From NCBI GenBank assembly GCA_963600165.1, contig CAVCAV010000002.1, positions 15,146-39,145 on the forward strand: a stretch of 24,000 nucleotides of DNA, in the 5' to 3' direction. The translations under genes and the position numbers were made by a program. Numbering within the stretch: the stretch's first letter is position 1; every line of letters starts with the position of its first letter. This document shows, piece by piece, positions 13,457-24,000 of this stretch. The DNA comes from Christensenella sp. UBA1685 (GTDB lineage Bacteria; Bacteroidota; Bacteroidia; Bacteroidales; Bacteroidaceae). A model generated the notes under the pieces. It had not been told where the DNA came from. It saw only the letters and a list, made by a program, of their open reading frames with translations, and ran no database searches.

Positions 13457-15442
13457 ATGTCGTCTATGCACAAATATCATCGGTTCCAACGTGCTTTTTG
13501 GTGCACGTTGCGTTGTTGTGCAATAATGATGGCGTGCTTTTTCGGCTTTAGCCAAACCATTTCGGCCCAAGTGGACGCAGAAGTCGCCACCATCATGGGG
13601 CGCAATGCCCTCAGTGTGGACGACTATCTCACAGCAGTGAAGTATTTCAACCAGGCCATTGAGGCCAAGCCCTTCCTTTCCCGCCCTTACTATTATAGGG
13701 CCTATGCCAAGTTTACGTTGGAAGACTACGTGGGTGCAGAGGCCGACTGCTCGCAAAGCATTTCGCTCAACCCCTACATCAGCGAGGTGTATCAGTTGAG
13801 AGGACTTTGTCGCATACACTTGGACGATTTCGACGGTTCCATCGCAGATTACTCGCGCGTGCTCCGCGAAACACCCGACGACCAGGGAGCGCGCTACAAT
13901 CGAGCCCTTTGCTATCTACAGCAGAAAGACTATGCCAAGGCCGACTCCGATTTGGCCTACATCGTCAAACATTGGCCTACCTACAGCCGTACCTATCTGG
14001 TAAAGGCACAAAGCGCTTTTGAACAGAAAGACACGCTGGAAGGCATGAAATGGATAGACCATTTGCTTTCCATCAGTCCGAAAGAAGCGCAAGCTTGGAG
14101 TTTCAAGGGACGCTATGCGCTGCAAAAGTCCGAATATGCATTGGCCGACTCTTGCCTCACGCAAGCTTTGAAATACCAAAGCAACGACTTCGAAGCCTAT
14201 GTGGCCCGTGCGCAGGCTCGCCACGCCCTCAACAAGTTCGGTCTCGCCATTGCCGACTACGACAAGGCCATTGAACTCGTTCCGCAACATTTCGTGGCGC
14301 ACTACAACCGAGGTCTTCTGCGCAGTTTTGTAGGCGATTTGAACAAAGCCATCACCGACTTCGACTTCATCCTCCAAGTAGAACCCAACAATACTTTGGC
14401 CCTCTTCAATCGTGCCCAGTTGCGCGAAAAGGTGGGCAACTACCGCGGAGCCATTGCCGACTATTCCCAACTCATCAAAGCCTATCCCAATTTCACTTAC
14501 GGCTACATGCAACGTGCAGAGTGCCGAAGGAAAATAGGCGACAAACGTGGTGCAGTGGCCGACGAGACCTATGTGGCACAGCGCGACCTCGACATAGCCT
14601 TTGCCCGTGCGCCCCGCACCAAAACGAAAAAGGTACGACTCCGCTCGGAGCATGCACTTGAACAGTACCAGCAACTCGTTCAGGAAGACCCCGACACCGT
14701 GCGCAACGTGTTTGGCACCATGTTGGGAAAGGTGCAGAACGAAAAGGTAAGCAACGACCTTTGTCCCATGTTCCATGCCGCTTTCCGTCCCGTATACACC
14801 CGTGGCTACCATTCCGTGGCATTTATGTCTGAAATGGCCGCGTTCTCTTCACTCAATACCCCCATCCGCCAATTCTGCCTCACTGCCGAAACGGAAACAT
14901 CGGGCACCGATGAGAGCGAGTCCGACTGGCGACAAGTTGAACGGACAGCCTCGTCCTTGAGCAAATGCAATCAACTCGTGGTAAGTTCCGCCATCGCTGC
15001 AGACCGCTACAACTTCACCACCGCCCTCAACGACGCACAGGAGGCTCTCCGCTCCGACACGGCCTCCGTCGTGGCTTTGCTTCAAAGCGCTTTCGTGCTT
15101 TCACGCTCAGCAACTTCCGGCACTGTCTCATCGTCCGAAGCGCAAAGCAGCATGCATTTGGCCCAATCGCTCCTTGAGCGGGCCAGGACAATCTCTCCCA
15201 AAAGCGCCGTAGTTGTCTACAACCAAGCTTGCCTGTTGGCACAAATGGGAAACGCAAAGGCTGCCATTGAAACGTTCACGCAAGTAATCACCCTCGATGC
15301 CCGTTTTGCCGAGGCCTACTACAACCGCGCCATTCTCCTCAGTGCCGATGGAAACACGAAAAAAGCCGCTGAAGACTTCAGCACTGCTGGTCAGCTCGGA
15401 CTCTACAAGGCCTATGCGCAAATGAAGAAGCTCAACAATTAA
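13457..15442 (+). CDS. Tetratricopeptide-repeat (TPR) protein with N-terminal signal/anchor sequence
   Basis: Track ORF 13307.. starts inside the repeat. The ATG at 13457 (or 13466) gives MSSMHKYHRFQRAFWCTLRCCAIMMACFFGFSQTISAQ. This is followed by many A-x-x-D-Y/F-x-x-A-I/L-x-L-x-P-x-x-x-x-A-Y/H-x-N-R-A/G units, the TPR consensus. Confidence 0.85.
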   Translation: MSSMHKYHRFQRAFWCTLRCCAIMMACFFGFSQTISAQVDAEVATIMGRNALSVDDYLTAVKYFNQAIEAKPFLSRPYYYRAYAKFTLEDYVGAEADCSQSISLNPYISEVYQLRGLCRIHLDDFDGSIADYSRVLRETPDDQGARYNRALCYLQQKDYAKADSDLAYIVKHWPTYSRTYLVKAQSAFEQKDTLEGMKWIDHLLSISPKEAQAWSFKGRYALQKSEYALADSCLTQALKYQSNDFEAYVARAQARHALNKFGLAIADYDKAIELVPQHFVAHYNRGLLRSFVGDLNKAITDFDFILQVEPNNTLALFNRAQLREKVGNYRGAIADYSQLIKAYPNFTYGYMQRAECRRKIGDKRGAVADETYVAQRDLDIAFARAPRTKTKKVRLRSEHALEQYQQLVQEDPDTVRNVFGTMLGKVQNEKVSNDLCPMFHAAFRPVYTRGYHSVAFMSEMAAFSSLNTPIRQFCLTAETETSGTDESESDWRQVERTASSLSKCNQLVVSSAIAADRYNFTTALNDAQEALRSDTASVVALLQSAFVLSRSATSGTVSSSEAQSSMHLAQSLLERARTISPKSAVVVYNQACLLAQMGNAKAAIETFTQVITLDARFAEAYYNRAILLSADGNTKKAAEDFSTAGQLGLYKAYAQMKKLNN

Positions 15443-18682
<3,240 letters not shown>

Positions 18683-18768
18683 TGGTGTGAGCAGCATTAA
18701 AATGTGGAACTCTAACACGTGAACAGAGCATCGTTCCTGTCCCACTGTTAGTACCACCGTTAAATAGA

Positions 18769-18806
18769 AAAATCCCCTTTCTCCAGCGAGAGAGGGGATT
18801 TTCTAT
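18769..18806 (+). terminator. Intrinsic terminator after the beta-galactosidase gene
   Basis: 15-bp stem aaaatcccctttctc (18769-18783) / gagagaggggatttt (18788-18802) with one G-U pair and loop cagc. It runs into a T-rich tract. Confidence 0.8.
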
Positions 18807-18817
18807 ATTCTTTTATT

Positions 18818-18825
18818 TACCTTTG
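18818..18825 (+). promoter_or_regulatory. Candidate -7 box (TAnnTTTG) for the YhcH-like gene
   Basis: TACCTTTG lies 34 nt upstream of the ATG at 18860, immediately after the lacZ terminator. Confidence 0.4.
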
Positions 18826-18859
18826 CGTAACCATGTGAAATCATAACACCGAAACATAC

Positions 18860-19501
18860 ATGAAAATCAGAACCTTATTCTTATCAGCACTTTTAGCTTT
18901 GGCTCCTGCAGCCGCTTTCTCCCAAACCTACACAACCGTCTATCCCAAGGGATTGGCTAAAGCCGCCCACAAATGGGTGGCCAAGGGCGAATGGCGCAAC
19001 GGTTTCGACAAGGCTTCGCCCGCACCTACCGTCAACGAGACGGAGTTTTGCGTGCAATACAGTCGCAACACCAAGCAATGGGATGCCGTGTTCGACTGGC
19101 TCCAGCGAACGGACCTCTTGGCCATCAAGCCCGGACGCATGCCCATTGGCAACAGCGGACTCACGGCCTCCGTGGAAGAAGGCGACAACTGGTGCAGCGA
19201 AGACGACCTCAAGAACGGAAAAGGTTCGGAGTCGCACCGCGCGAAGATAGACTTCATGATAGTAGTGAAAGGCACGGAAGGCTTTGCCCGCCTCGACCAC
19301 GAAACGTCCACCCCCAACTGCGACTATACGCCCGACGTGCTCCACTACAACTTCGATGCCCAGAAACTCGAGCGCTTCGTGTCCATTCCCGGAACGTTCA
19401 ACGTGATGTTCCCCTGCGACTGGCACGTGGCAAAGGTGCGCACCTCACAGGCCGACCAAGCCGTGAAAGTGATTGTGATAAAGATTGATTACGTACAATA
19501 A
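18860..19501 (+). CDS. YhcH/YjgK/YiaL (EbgC-like, DUF386) family protein with signal peptide
   Basis: 213 aa with the signal peptide MKIRTLFLSALLALAPAAAFSQ. ESHRAKIDFMIVVKGTEG and FNVMFPCDWHVAKV...KVIVIKI parallel the E-x-H-x3-ID...G-x-E and F-x-x-F-P-x-(D/E)-x-H...KVVVK pattern of E. coli YhcH/EbgC. Confidence 0.75.
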   Translation: MKIRTLFLSALLALAPAAAFSQTYTTVYPKGLAKAAHKWVAKGEWRNGFDKASPAPTVNETEFCVQYSRNTKQWDAVFDWLQRTDLLAIKPGRMPIGNSGLTASVEEGDNWCSEDDLKNGKGSESHRAKIDFMIVVKGTEGFARLDHETSTPNCDYTPDVLHYNFDAQKLERFVSIPGTFNVMFPCDWHVAKVRTSQADQAVKVIVIKIDYVQ

Positions 19502-19830
19502 GGCTGTCGGCGGAAAAACGTAGGCTGCCGGTTCATGTTTGCCCTATTGATGAAAACGATGAAAAGCAAAGTTACCGAATAGTTTTCATAAACCTGTTGA
19601 CATCCGGCTAAAAACTGCCAAAATGCCTGCACGGCGGCAAATATGCCTCCCTACGGATTCCCCACGTACTTATTTCTCTCTAATTTTACGGCTAATAAAC
19701 ACAATGCCGCTGCAACTTGCCCTCATGCTTCTCCTTATTTAGCATAGACAGTTGTATGCTTACGTCAAAAATACCGGTACGCGACTTCGTGCGGCATGAG
19801 GTCCGTACAAAACCTTCTTACACTCACAAC

Positions 19831-20763
19831 ATGTCAGAGAAACATAGTTTGGTGACGATTGCCAATTTGTCGAAAGAGAAGATTCTCTATCTAATCAGCA
19901 TGGCACAAGAGTTTGAGAAATCTCCCAACCGGAAGATTCTCGAAGACAAAGTGGTGGCAACGCTCTTCTTTGAACCTTCCACCCGAACCCGCCTTTCTTT
20001 CGAAACGGCCGCCAACCGCTTGGGGGCACGTGTCATCGGATTTACCGACCCCAAAGTGACCAGCTCTACCAAGGGCGAAACGTTGAAAGATACCATCATG
20101 ATGGTCAGCAACTATGCCGACGTGATTGTCATGCGCCATTACCTTGAAGGCGCTGCCCGCTACGCCAGCGAGATTTCTCCCGTGCCCGTAGTCAATGCCG
20201 GCGACGGTGCCAACCAGCACCCCTCGCAAACCATGCTCGACCTCTACAGCATCTACAAGACGCAGGGTACGCTCGAGAATCTCAATATCTATCTCGTCGG
20301 CGACCTGAAGTACGGACGCACTGTGCATTCGCTCATCATGGCCATGCGCCATTTCAACCCCACGTTCCATTTCATCGCCCCGAAGGAACTGGCCATGCCG
20401 GAGGAATACAAGATCTACTGCCGCGACCACCACATCCGTTTTGAAGAACACGAGGACTTCAATGCCGACGTCATCAAAGAAGCCGACATCCTCTACATGA
20501 CACGTGTGCAGAAAGAACGCTTCACTGACCTTATGGAGTATGAGCGCGTGAAGGACGTATATATCCTCAAGGCGTCCATGCTCTCCGACGTTCGCGACAA
20601 CATGAAGATTCTTCATCCGTTGCCCCGTGTCAACGAGATAGCCTACGACGTCGACAACGATCCGCATGCCTACTATTTCGAACAGGCTCACAACGGACTC
20701 TTCGCCCGTCAGGCCATCATTTGCGACGTGCTCGGCATTACGCTCGACGATATCAAAAAATAG
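19831..20763 (+). CDS. pyrB: Aspartate carbamoyltransferase catalytic subunit
   Basis: Track ORF 19717.. is over-extended. The ATG at 19831 gives [10 protein letters not shown]...[14 protein letters not shown]...GANQHPSQ...HPLPR, the ATCase motifs. Length is 310 aa. Confidence 0.95.
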   Translation: MSEKHSLVTIANLSKEKILYLISMAQEFEKSPNRKILEDKVVATLFFEPSTRTRLSFETAANRLGARVIGFTDPKVTSSTKGETLKDTIMMVSNYADVIVMRHYLEGAARYASEISPVPVVNAGDGANQHPSQTMLDLYSIYKTQGTLENLNIYLVGDLKYGRTVHSLIMAMRHFNPTFHFIAPKELAMPEEYKIYCRDHHIRFEEHEDFNADVIKEADILYMTRVQKERFTDLMEYERVKDVYILKASMLSDVRDNMKILHPLPRVNEIAYDVDNDPHAYYFEQAHNGLFARQAIICDVLGITLDDIKK

Positions 20764-20814
20764 TGTTCACCTTGGGTGGTATCATAGCCATCCGCCAAAA
20801 CTTTCGTTATAGTC

Positions 20815-21273
20815 ATGAAACGTCAAGAACTCATGGTGGCCGCTATCCAGAACGGTACCGTCATTGACCATATACCTTCCAGCAAACTCTTCCAAGTAGT
20901 TCGCCTCTTGCACCTCGAGGACCTCAAGTCTTCTTCCGTAATGATCGGCTATCGCCTGAAGAGCAAGAAGATGGAGGACAAGAGCATTGTGAAAATAGAA
21001 AACAAGTTCTTCTCCGATGCCGAACTCAACCAGCTTTCCGTCGTAGCTCCCAATGTCACGCTTTGCATCATCCGCGACTACGAAGTTGTAGAAAAAAAGT
21101 GCGTGACGCTTCCTTCCGAACTGGTCGGCATCGTAAAGTGTGCCAACCCCAAGTGCATCTGCAACAACGAGCCCATGCCTACGCGCTTCCGCGTAACCGA
21201 CAGCAAACTGGGTCTCATTCAGTGCCACTATTGCGAGAAGGAACAGGAATTGGAAAAGGCAAAATTAATTTAA
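20815..21273 (+). CDS. pyrI: Aspartate carbamoyltransferase regulatory subunit
   Basis: 152 aa. It has [14 protein letters not shown] and the C-terminal zinc domain [12 protein letters not shown]...CHYCEKE. Confidence 0.95.
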   Translation: MKRQELMVAAIQNGTVIDHIPSSKLFQVVRLLHLEDLKSSSVMIGYRLKSKKMEDKSIVKIENKFFSDAELNQLSVVAPNVTLCIIRDYEVVEKKCVTLPSELVGIVKCANPKCICNNEPMPTRFRVTDSKLGLIQCHYCEKEQELEKAKLI

Positions 21274-21279
21274 TAGTCT

Positions 21280-21855
21280 ATGGCAGCTTCAGGAAAAATG
21301 GACTGGAAACCAGGCACGATGATTTATCCTCTGCCCGCATTGCTCGTTTCGTGCGGTGCTGCGCCAGAGGAATACAACGTGTTCACGGTGGCATGGAGCG
21401 GGACGATATGTACCAATCCCGCCATGTGCTACATCTCCGTCCGTCCCGAACGCCATTCCTACGACATCATTTGCCGTAACATGGAGTTCGTTCTCAACCT
21501 TACGACCGAAGAACTTGCCCGTGCCACCGACTGGTGCGGAGTGCGCTCCGGACGCGACTACAACAAGTTTGAGGAAATGAACCTTACTCCCGGTAAAGCT
21601 TCGTGTGTGCAGGCCCCCATCGTCATGGAGTCGCCGCTGAGCATCGAGTGCCGCGTGAAAGAGATTGTCCATCTCGGTTCACACGACATGTTCATCGCCG
21701 AGGTGGTCAACGTACAGGCCGACGAACGCTTCTTGGACGAAAACGGCAAATGGCATCTTGAGAAAAGCAATCCGCTGGTCTATCTTCACGGCGGATATTA
21801 CGGACTCGGCGAACTCATCGGCAAATTCGGCTGGAGCGTAAAGAAACAAGAATAA
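21280..21855 (+). CDS. Flavin reductase-like FMN-binding domain protein
   Basis: 191 aa. PLPALLVSCG...NVFTVAWSGTICTNPAMCYISVRPERHSYDII...FVLNL...SHDMFIAEVV fits the flavin reductase (split-barrel) family. It starts 6 bp after pyrI. Confidence 0.82.
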   Translation: MAASGKMDWKPGTMIYPLPALLVSCGAAPEEYNVFTVAWSGTICTNPAMCYISVRPERHSYDIICRNMEFVLNLTTEELARATDWCGVRSGRDYNKFEEMNLTPGKASCVQAPIVMESPLSIECRVKEIVHLGSHDMFIAEVVNVQADERFLDENGKWHLEKSNPLVYLHGGYYGLGELIGKFGWSVKKQE

Positions 21856-21863
21856 ACTTACAG

Positions 21864-21918
21864 CAAGAGAACGTAAGCGATGGATACCCTCTGCCGCTTG
21901 CGTTCTCTTGTGCTTTTA
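21864..21918 (+). terminator. Strong hairpin plus T-tract between the flavin reductase gene and glyA (terminator or attenuator)
   Basis: 16-bp stem caagagaacgtaagcg (21864-21879) / cgcttgcgttctcttg (21895-21910) with one A-G mismatch and a 15-nt loop, then tgctttt. The hairpin ends 20 nt before the glyA ATG. Confidence 0.6.
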
Positions 21919-21937
21919 AAATAAAAACCAATCTTCT

Positions 21938-23218
21938 ATGAAAAGAGACACACAGATTTTTCAACTCGTAGAGGCAGAACGCCGTCGCCAACTTCGCGGC
22001 ATAGAACTCATCGCTTCCGAAAACTTTGTCAGCGATGAAGTGCTGCAGGCTATGGGTTCGTGCTTGACCAACAAATATGCCGAGGGCTATCCCGGTCACC
22101 GCTACTACGGCGGCTGCGGAGTGGTAGACCAGGTGGAAACGTTGGCCATCGAGCGTGCCAAGGAGCTCTTCGGCGCAGAGTATGCCAATGTGCAACCTCA
22201 CTCTGGCGCACAGGCCAATGCTGCCGTGCTCCTCACCGTGCTCAATCCCGGCGACACCTTCATGGGACTCAATCTTGCCCACGGAGGCCATCTCTCCCAC
22301 GGTTCTGCCGTGAACACGAGCGGCATACTCTACCATCCCGTTGGCTATAACCTCAATCCCGAAACAGGCCGTGTGGATTACGATGAAATGGAACGGCTCG
22401 CTTTGGAACACCGTCCGAAACTGATTATCGGCGGCGGCTCGGCCTACAGCCGTGAATGGGACTATGCCCGTATGCGCGCCATTGCCGACAAAGTAGGTGC
22501 GCTCTTTATGGTTGATATGGCACACCCCGCTGGTCTTATTGCTGCCGGCTTGCTCGACAACCCGGTGAAATATGCCCACATCGTCACCACCACCACCCAC
22601 AAGACGCTGCGCGGTCCTCGTGGCGGTCTTATCCTTATGGGTAAGGACTTCGAAAATCCGTGGGGAAAGAAGACGCCAAAAGGCGTAGTGAAGATGATGA
22701 GCCAATTGCTCAACAGTGCCGTTTTCCCCGGCGAACAAGGCGGTCCGCTTGAGCACGTCATTGCTGCCAAAGCGGTGGCTTTCGGCGAAGCCCTTCAGCC
22801 CGAGTTCAAGGAATATGCACTTCAGGTGAAAAAGAATGCCGCTTGTCTGGCAGAAGAACTCGTGAAACGCGGATTCGCCATTGTCAGTGGCGGAACGGAC
22901 AACCATTCCATGCTCGTAGACCTTCGTCCGAAATATCCCGAACTCACCGGTAAGGTGGCAGAAAACGCCTTGGTTGCCGCCGACATCACGGTGAACAAGA
23001 ACATGGTGCCTTTTGACGACCGCTCGGCTTTCCAGACCTCCGGCATACGTCTTGGTACGGCAGCCATCACCACTCGCGGTGCAAAAGAGGACCTCATGGT
23101 GCTCATTGCCGAACTCATCGAGCGCGTTTTGGACAATCCTACCGACGAACAGGTCATTGCCGACGTGCGCCGTAAGGTGAACGAAACAATGGAAGGCTAT
23201 CCCTTGTTCGCTTACTAA
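21938..23218 (+). CDS. glyA: Serine hydroxymethyltransferase
   Basis: 426 aa. [23 protein letters not shown], and [14 protein letters not shown] (PLP-lysine box) are present. Confidence 0.97.
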   Translation: MKRDTQIFQLVEAERRRQLRGIELIASENFVSDEVLQAMGSCLTNKYAEGYPGHRYYGGCGVVDQVETLAIERAKELFGAEYANVQPHSGAQANAAVLLTVLNPGDTFMGLNLAHGGHLSHGSAVNTSGILYHPVGYNLNPETGRVDYDEMERLALEHRPKLIIGGGSAYSREWDYARMRAIADKVGALFMVDMAHPAGLIAAGLLDNPVKYAHIVTTTTHKTLRGPRGGLILMGKDFENPWGKKTPKGVVKMMSQLLNSAVFPGEQGGPLEHVIAAKAVAFGEALQPEFKEYALQVKKNAACLAEELVKRGFAIVSGGTDNHSMLVDLRPKYPELTGKVAENALVAADITVNKNMVPFDDRSAFQTSGIRLGTAAITTRGAKEDLMVLIAELIERVLDNPTDEQVIADVRRKVNETMEGYPLFAY

Positions 23219-23247
23219 AGCTTAAAACAATATATGAACAGTGGTTT

Positions 23248-23297
23248 TGCGCGAAGCGCGGGCTAAAAAGTCTGCTCTTCGCGCATTGCTTTTTGTC
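23248..23297 (+). terminator. Intrinsic terminator after glyA
   Basis: Perfect 9-bp stem tgcgcgaag (23248-23256) / cttcgcgca (23277-23285) with a 20-nt loop, followed by ttgctttttgt. Confidence 0.65.
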
Positions 23298-23324
23298 TCA
23301 GCTAATCTGCCAAGTATTTATGGT

Positions 23325-23687
23325 CTAAAATTGCAGCATTGCTGCCGGCGTGATGTTCAAAGCACGGCATAATAATCTTGCGATTTTCAAGGTGGGCTCT
23401 GAGCGGCCTGCTACATAGTCGTTGATGCGCGACGGACTTACGCCAATCTCGCTGGCAAGTTGTTTTTGAGTCATTTTCTTTTCTTCGAGCGAAAGTTCTA
23501 TGAGCTCTGCAACAGAGGGTTTGCCTATGGGGTAATGTTTCTTTTCGTATGCTTCTACAATATCTGACATAAGCGTCAGTTCTACAGCATTTTTGTCGTT
23601 GGCAGGAGTTTCGTCTGTCACCAACGGCAAAAGTTCCTCTATTCTGTTGAGGGCAAACTCATATTGTTCTTTAGTTATATTTTCCAT
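23325..23687 (-). CDS. higA: HigA-family antitoxin (N-terminal helical domain plus C-terminal XRE-type HTH)
   Basis: Track ORF extends to 23750 and overlaps higB. The ATG at 23687..23685, 13 nt after the higB stop, gives MENITKEQYEFALNRIEELL...MTQKQLASEIGVSPSRINDYVAGRSEPTLKIARLLCRALNI. This is the same two-domain layout as E. coli HigA. Confidence 0.85.
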   Translation of the reverse strand: MENITKEQYEFALNRIEELLPLVTDETPANDKNAVELTLMSDIVEAYEKKHYPIGKPSVAELIELSLEEKKMTQKQLASEIGVSPSRINDYVAGRSEPTLKIARLLCRALNITPAAMLQF

Positions 23688-23700
23688 GACTTCTTGATGA

Positions 23701-24000
23701 TTATATGTTTGAACAATCAATTTTGTCATACTCTTGATGTGTGCCGACAAATCTGATGAAGATTCGGCTGATTGTGAATTTGATTACGACTATCAATCTA
23801 TAGTTGTTTCCTCTGATGTTGAACACATAATGTTGGTTGCCTACATAATCCGCATCAGGAAAGTCTGACCTTATGTCGGAGAAGTTGTGCCATTCCGCCT
23901 CTTCTGCTATCTGATACCATCTTTCAAGTGCTATTTTTGAATCCTCTCTTCCTTTGGATTCGTAGAAATCCCGTAGTTTTCGATGTGATATGATTCTCAT
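23701..24000 (-). CDS. higB: HigB-family type II toxin (RelE-superfamily mRNA interferase)
   Basis: 99 aa: MRIISHRKLRDFYESKGREDSKIALERWYQIAEEAEWHNFSDIRSDFPDADYVGNQHYVFNIRGNNYRLIVVIKFTISRIFIRFVGTHQEYDKIDCSNI. The motifs VFNI-x-GN-x-YRLI and IRF(V/I)GTH-x-EYDKI are hallmarks of this HigB family. The start codon is the last 3 nt of the window. Confidence 0.9.
   Translation of the reverse strand: MRIISHRKLRDFYESKGREDSKIALERWYQIAEEAEWHNFSDIRSDFPDADYVGNQHYVFNIRGNNYRLIVVIKFTISRIFIRFVGTHQEYDKIDCSNI

Noticed and set aside
12674-13819. 381-aa minus-strand ORF spanning def, the intergenic repeat and the TPR gene start
   Set aside because: It crosses two real genes and a non-coding repeat on the antisense strand, so it cannot be a coherent protein.
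19502-19830. Possible pyrimidine-responsive leader or attenuator upstream of pyrB
   Set aside because: There are only weak 5-6-bp stems (for example agcata/tatgct at ~19741-19760). I found no terminator-like hairpin, no leader peptide and no -7 box. The evidence is insufficient.
21856-21937. ZTP (pfl) or THF riboswitch upstream of glyA, and similarly upstream of the AICARFT gene
   Set aside because: I could not find the conserved pfl or THF consensus segments. The region is too short (82 bp) and is dominated by one simple hairpin. It was not tested with a covariance model.
21815-22906. 363-aa minus-strand ORF opposite glyA. Similar cases are 19891..20691 (opposite pyrB), 20782..21228 (opposite pyrI), 6129..6965 (opposite prfA), 6922..7533 and 7765..8253 (opposite purM), 4072..4704 (opposite the kinase-like gene), 937..1722 and 556..873 (opposite the membrane protein), 1870..2643 (opposite the AICARFT gene), 8945-9853-region ORFs such as 9080..9802, and 13916..14812 (opposite the TPR gene)
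   Set aside because: All of them overlap, on the opposite strand, genes that have clear family signatures. None has a recognisable motif.

Overview
The window reads as a core chromosomal segment of a Bacteroidales (Prevotella-like) genome. This taxonomic guess is an inference from gene content, the absence of Shine-Dalgarno spacing, and TAnnTTTG -7 boxes; it was not searched against any database.

Gene layout:
- Positions 1-9853 hold 14 co-directional minus-strand genes: TPM-domain protein, lemA, purM, a small membrane ORF, prfA, a 61-aa ORF, a 141-aa exported ORF, an HPr-kinase-like P-loop protein, an S24/S26-type peptidase, a PqqD-family protein, a stand-alone AICAR-transformylase-domain protein, a Lys-rich 73-aa ORF, a Pro-rich membrane protein, and a partial MaoC-like dehydratase.
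- An ~800-bp AT-rich spacer with no credible ORF follows.
- Positions 10662-23218 are plus-strand: serS, ruvX, def, a TPR protein, a GH2 beta-galactosidase, a secreted YhcH/EbgC-like protein, pyrB, pyrI, a flavin reductase and glyA.
- The right edge carries a convergent, visibly AT-richer higB-higA toxin-antitoxin pair.

No rRNA, tRNA, CRISPR array, transposase or integrase was recognised.

The most interesting locus is the tightly packed kinase-like / peptidase / PqqD trio at 3027-4782. It has the logic of a peptide-modification (RiPP-like) cassette, but I could find no obvious precursor and no known core enzyme.

The second notable signal is a structured intergenic repeat with a 37-bp identical core. 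One copy lies after prfA and one after def, each in the same orientation relative to the upstream gene.

Many long ORFs in the supplied track are antisense shadows or 5' over-extensions and were rejected. All homology calls rest on motif recognition by eye, not on searches.
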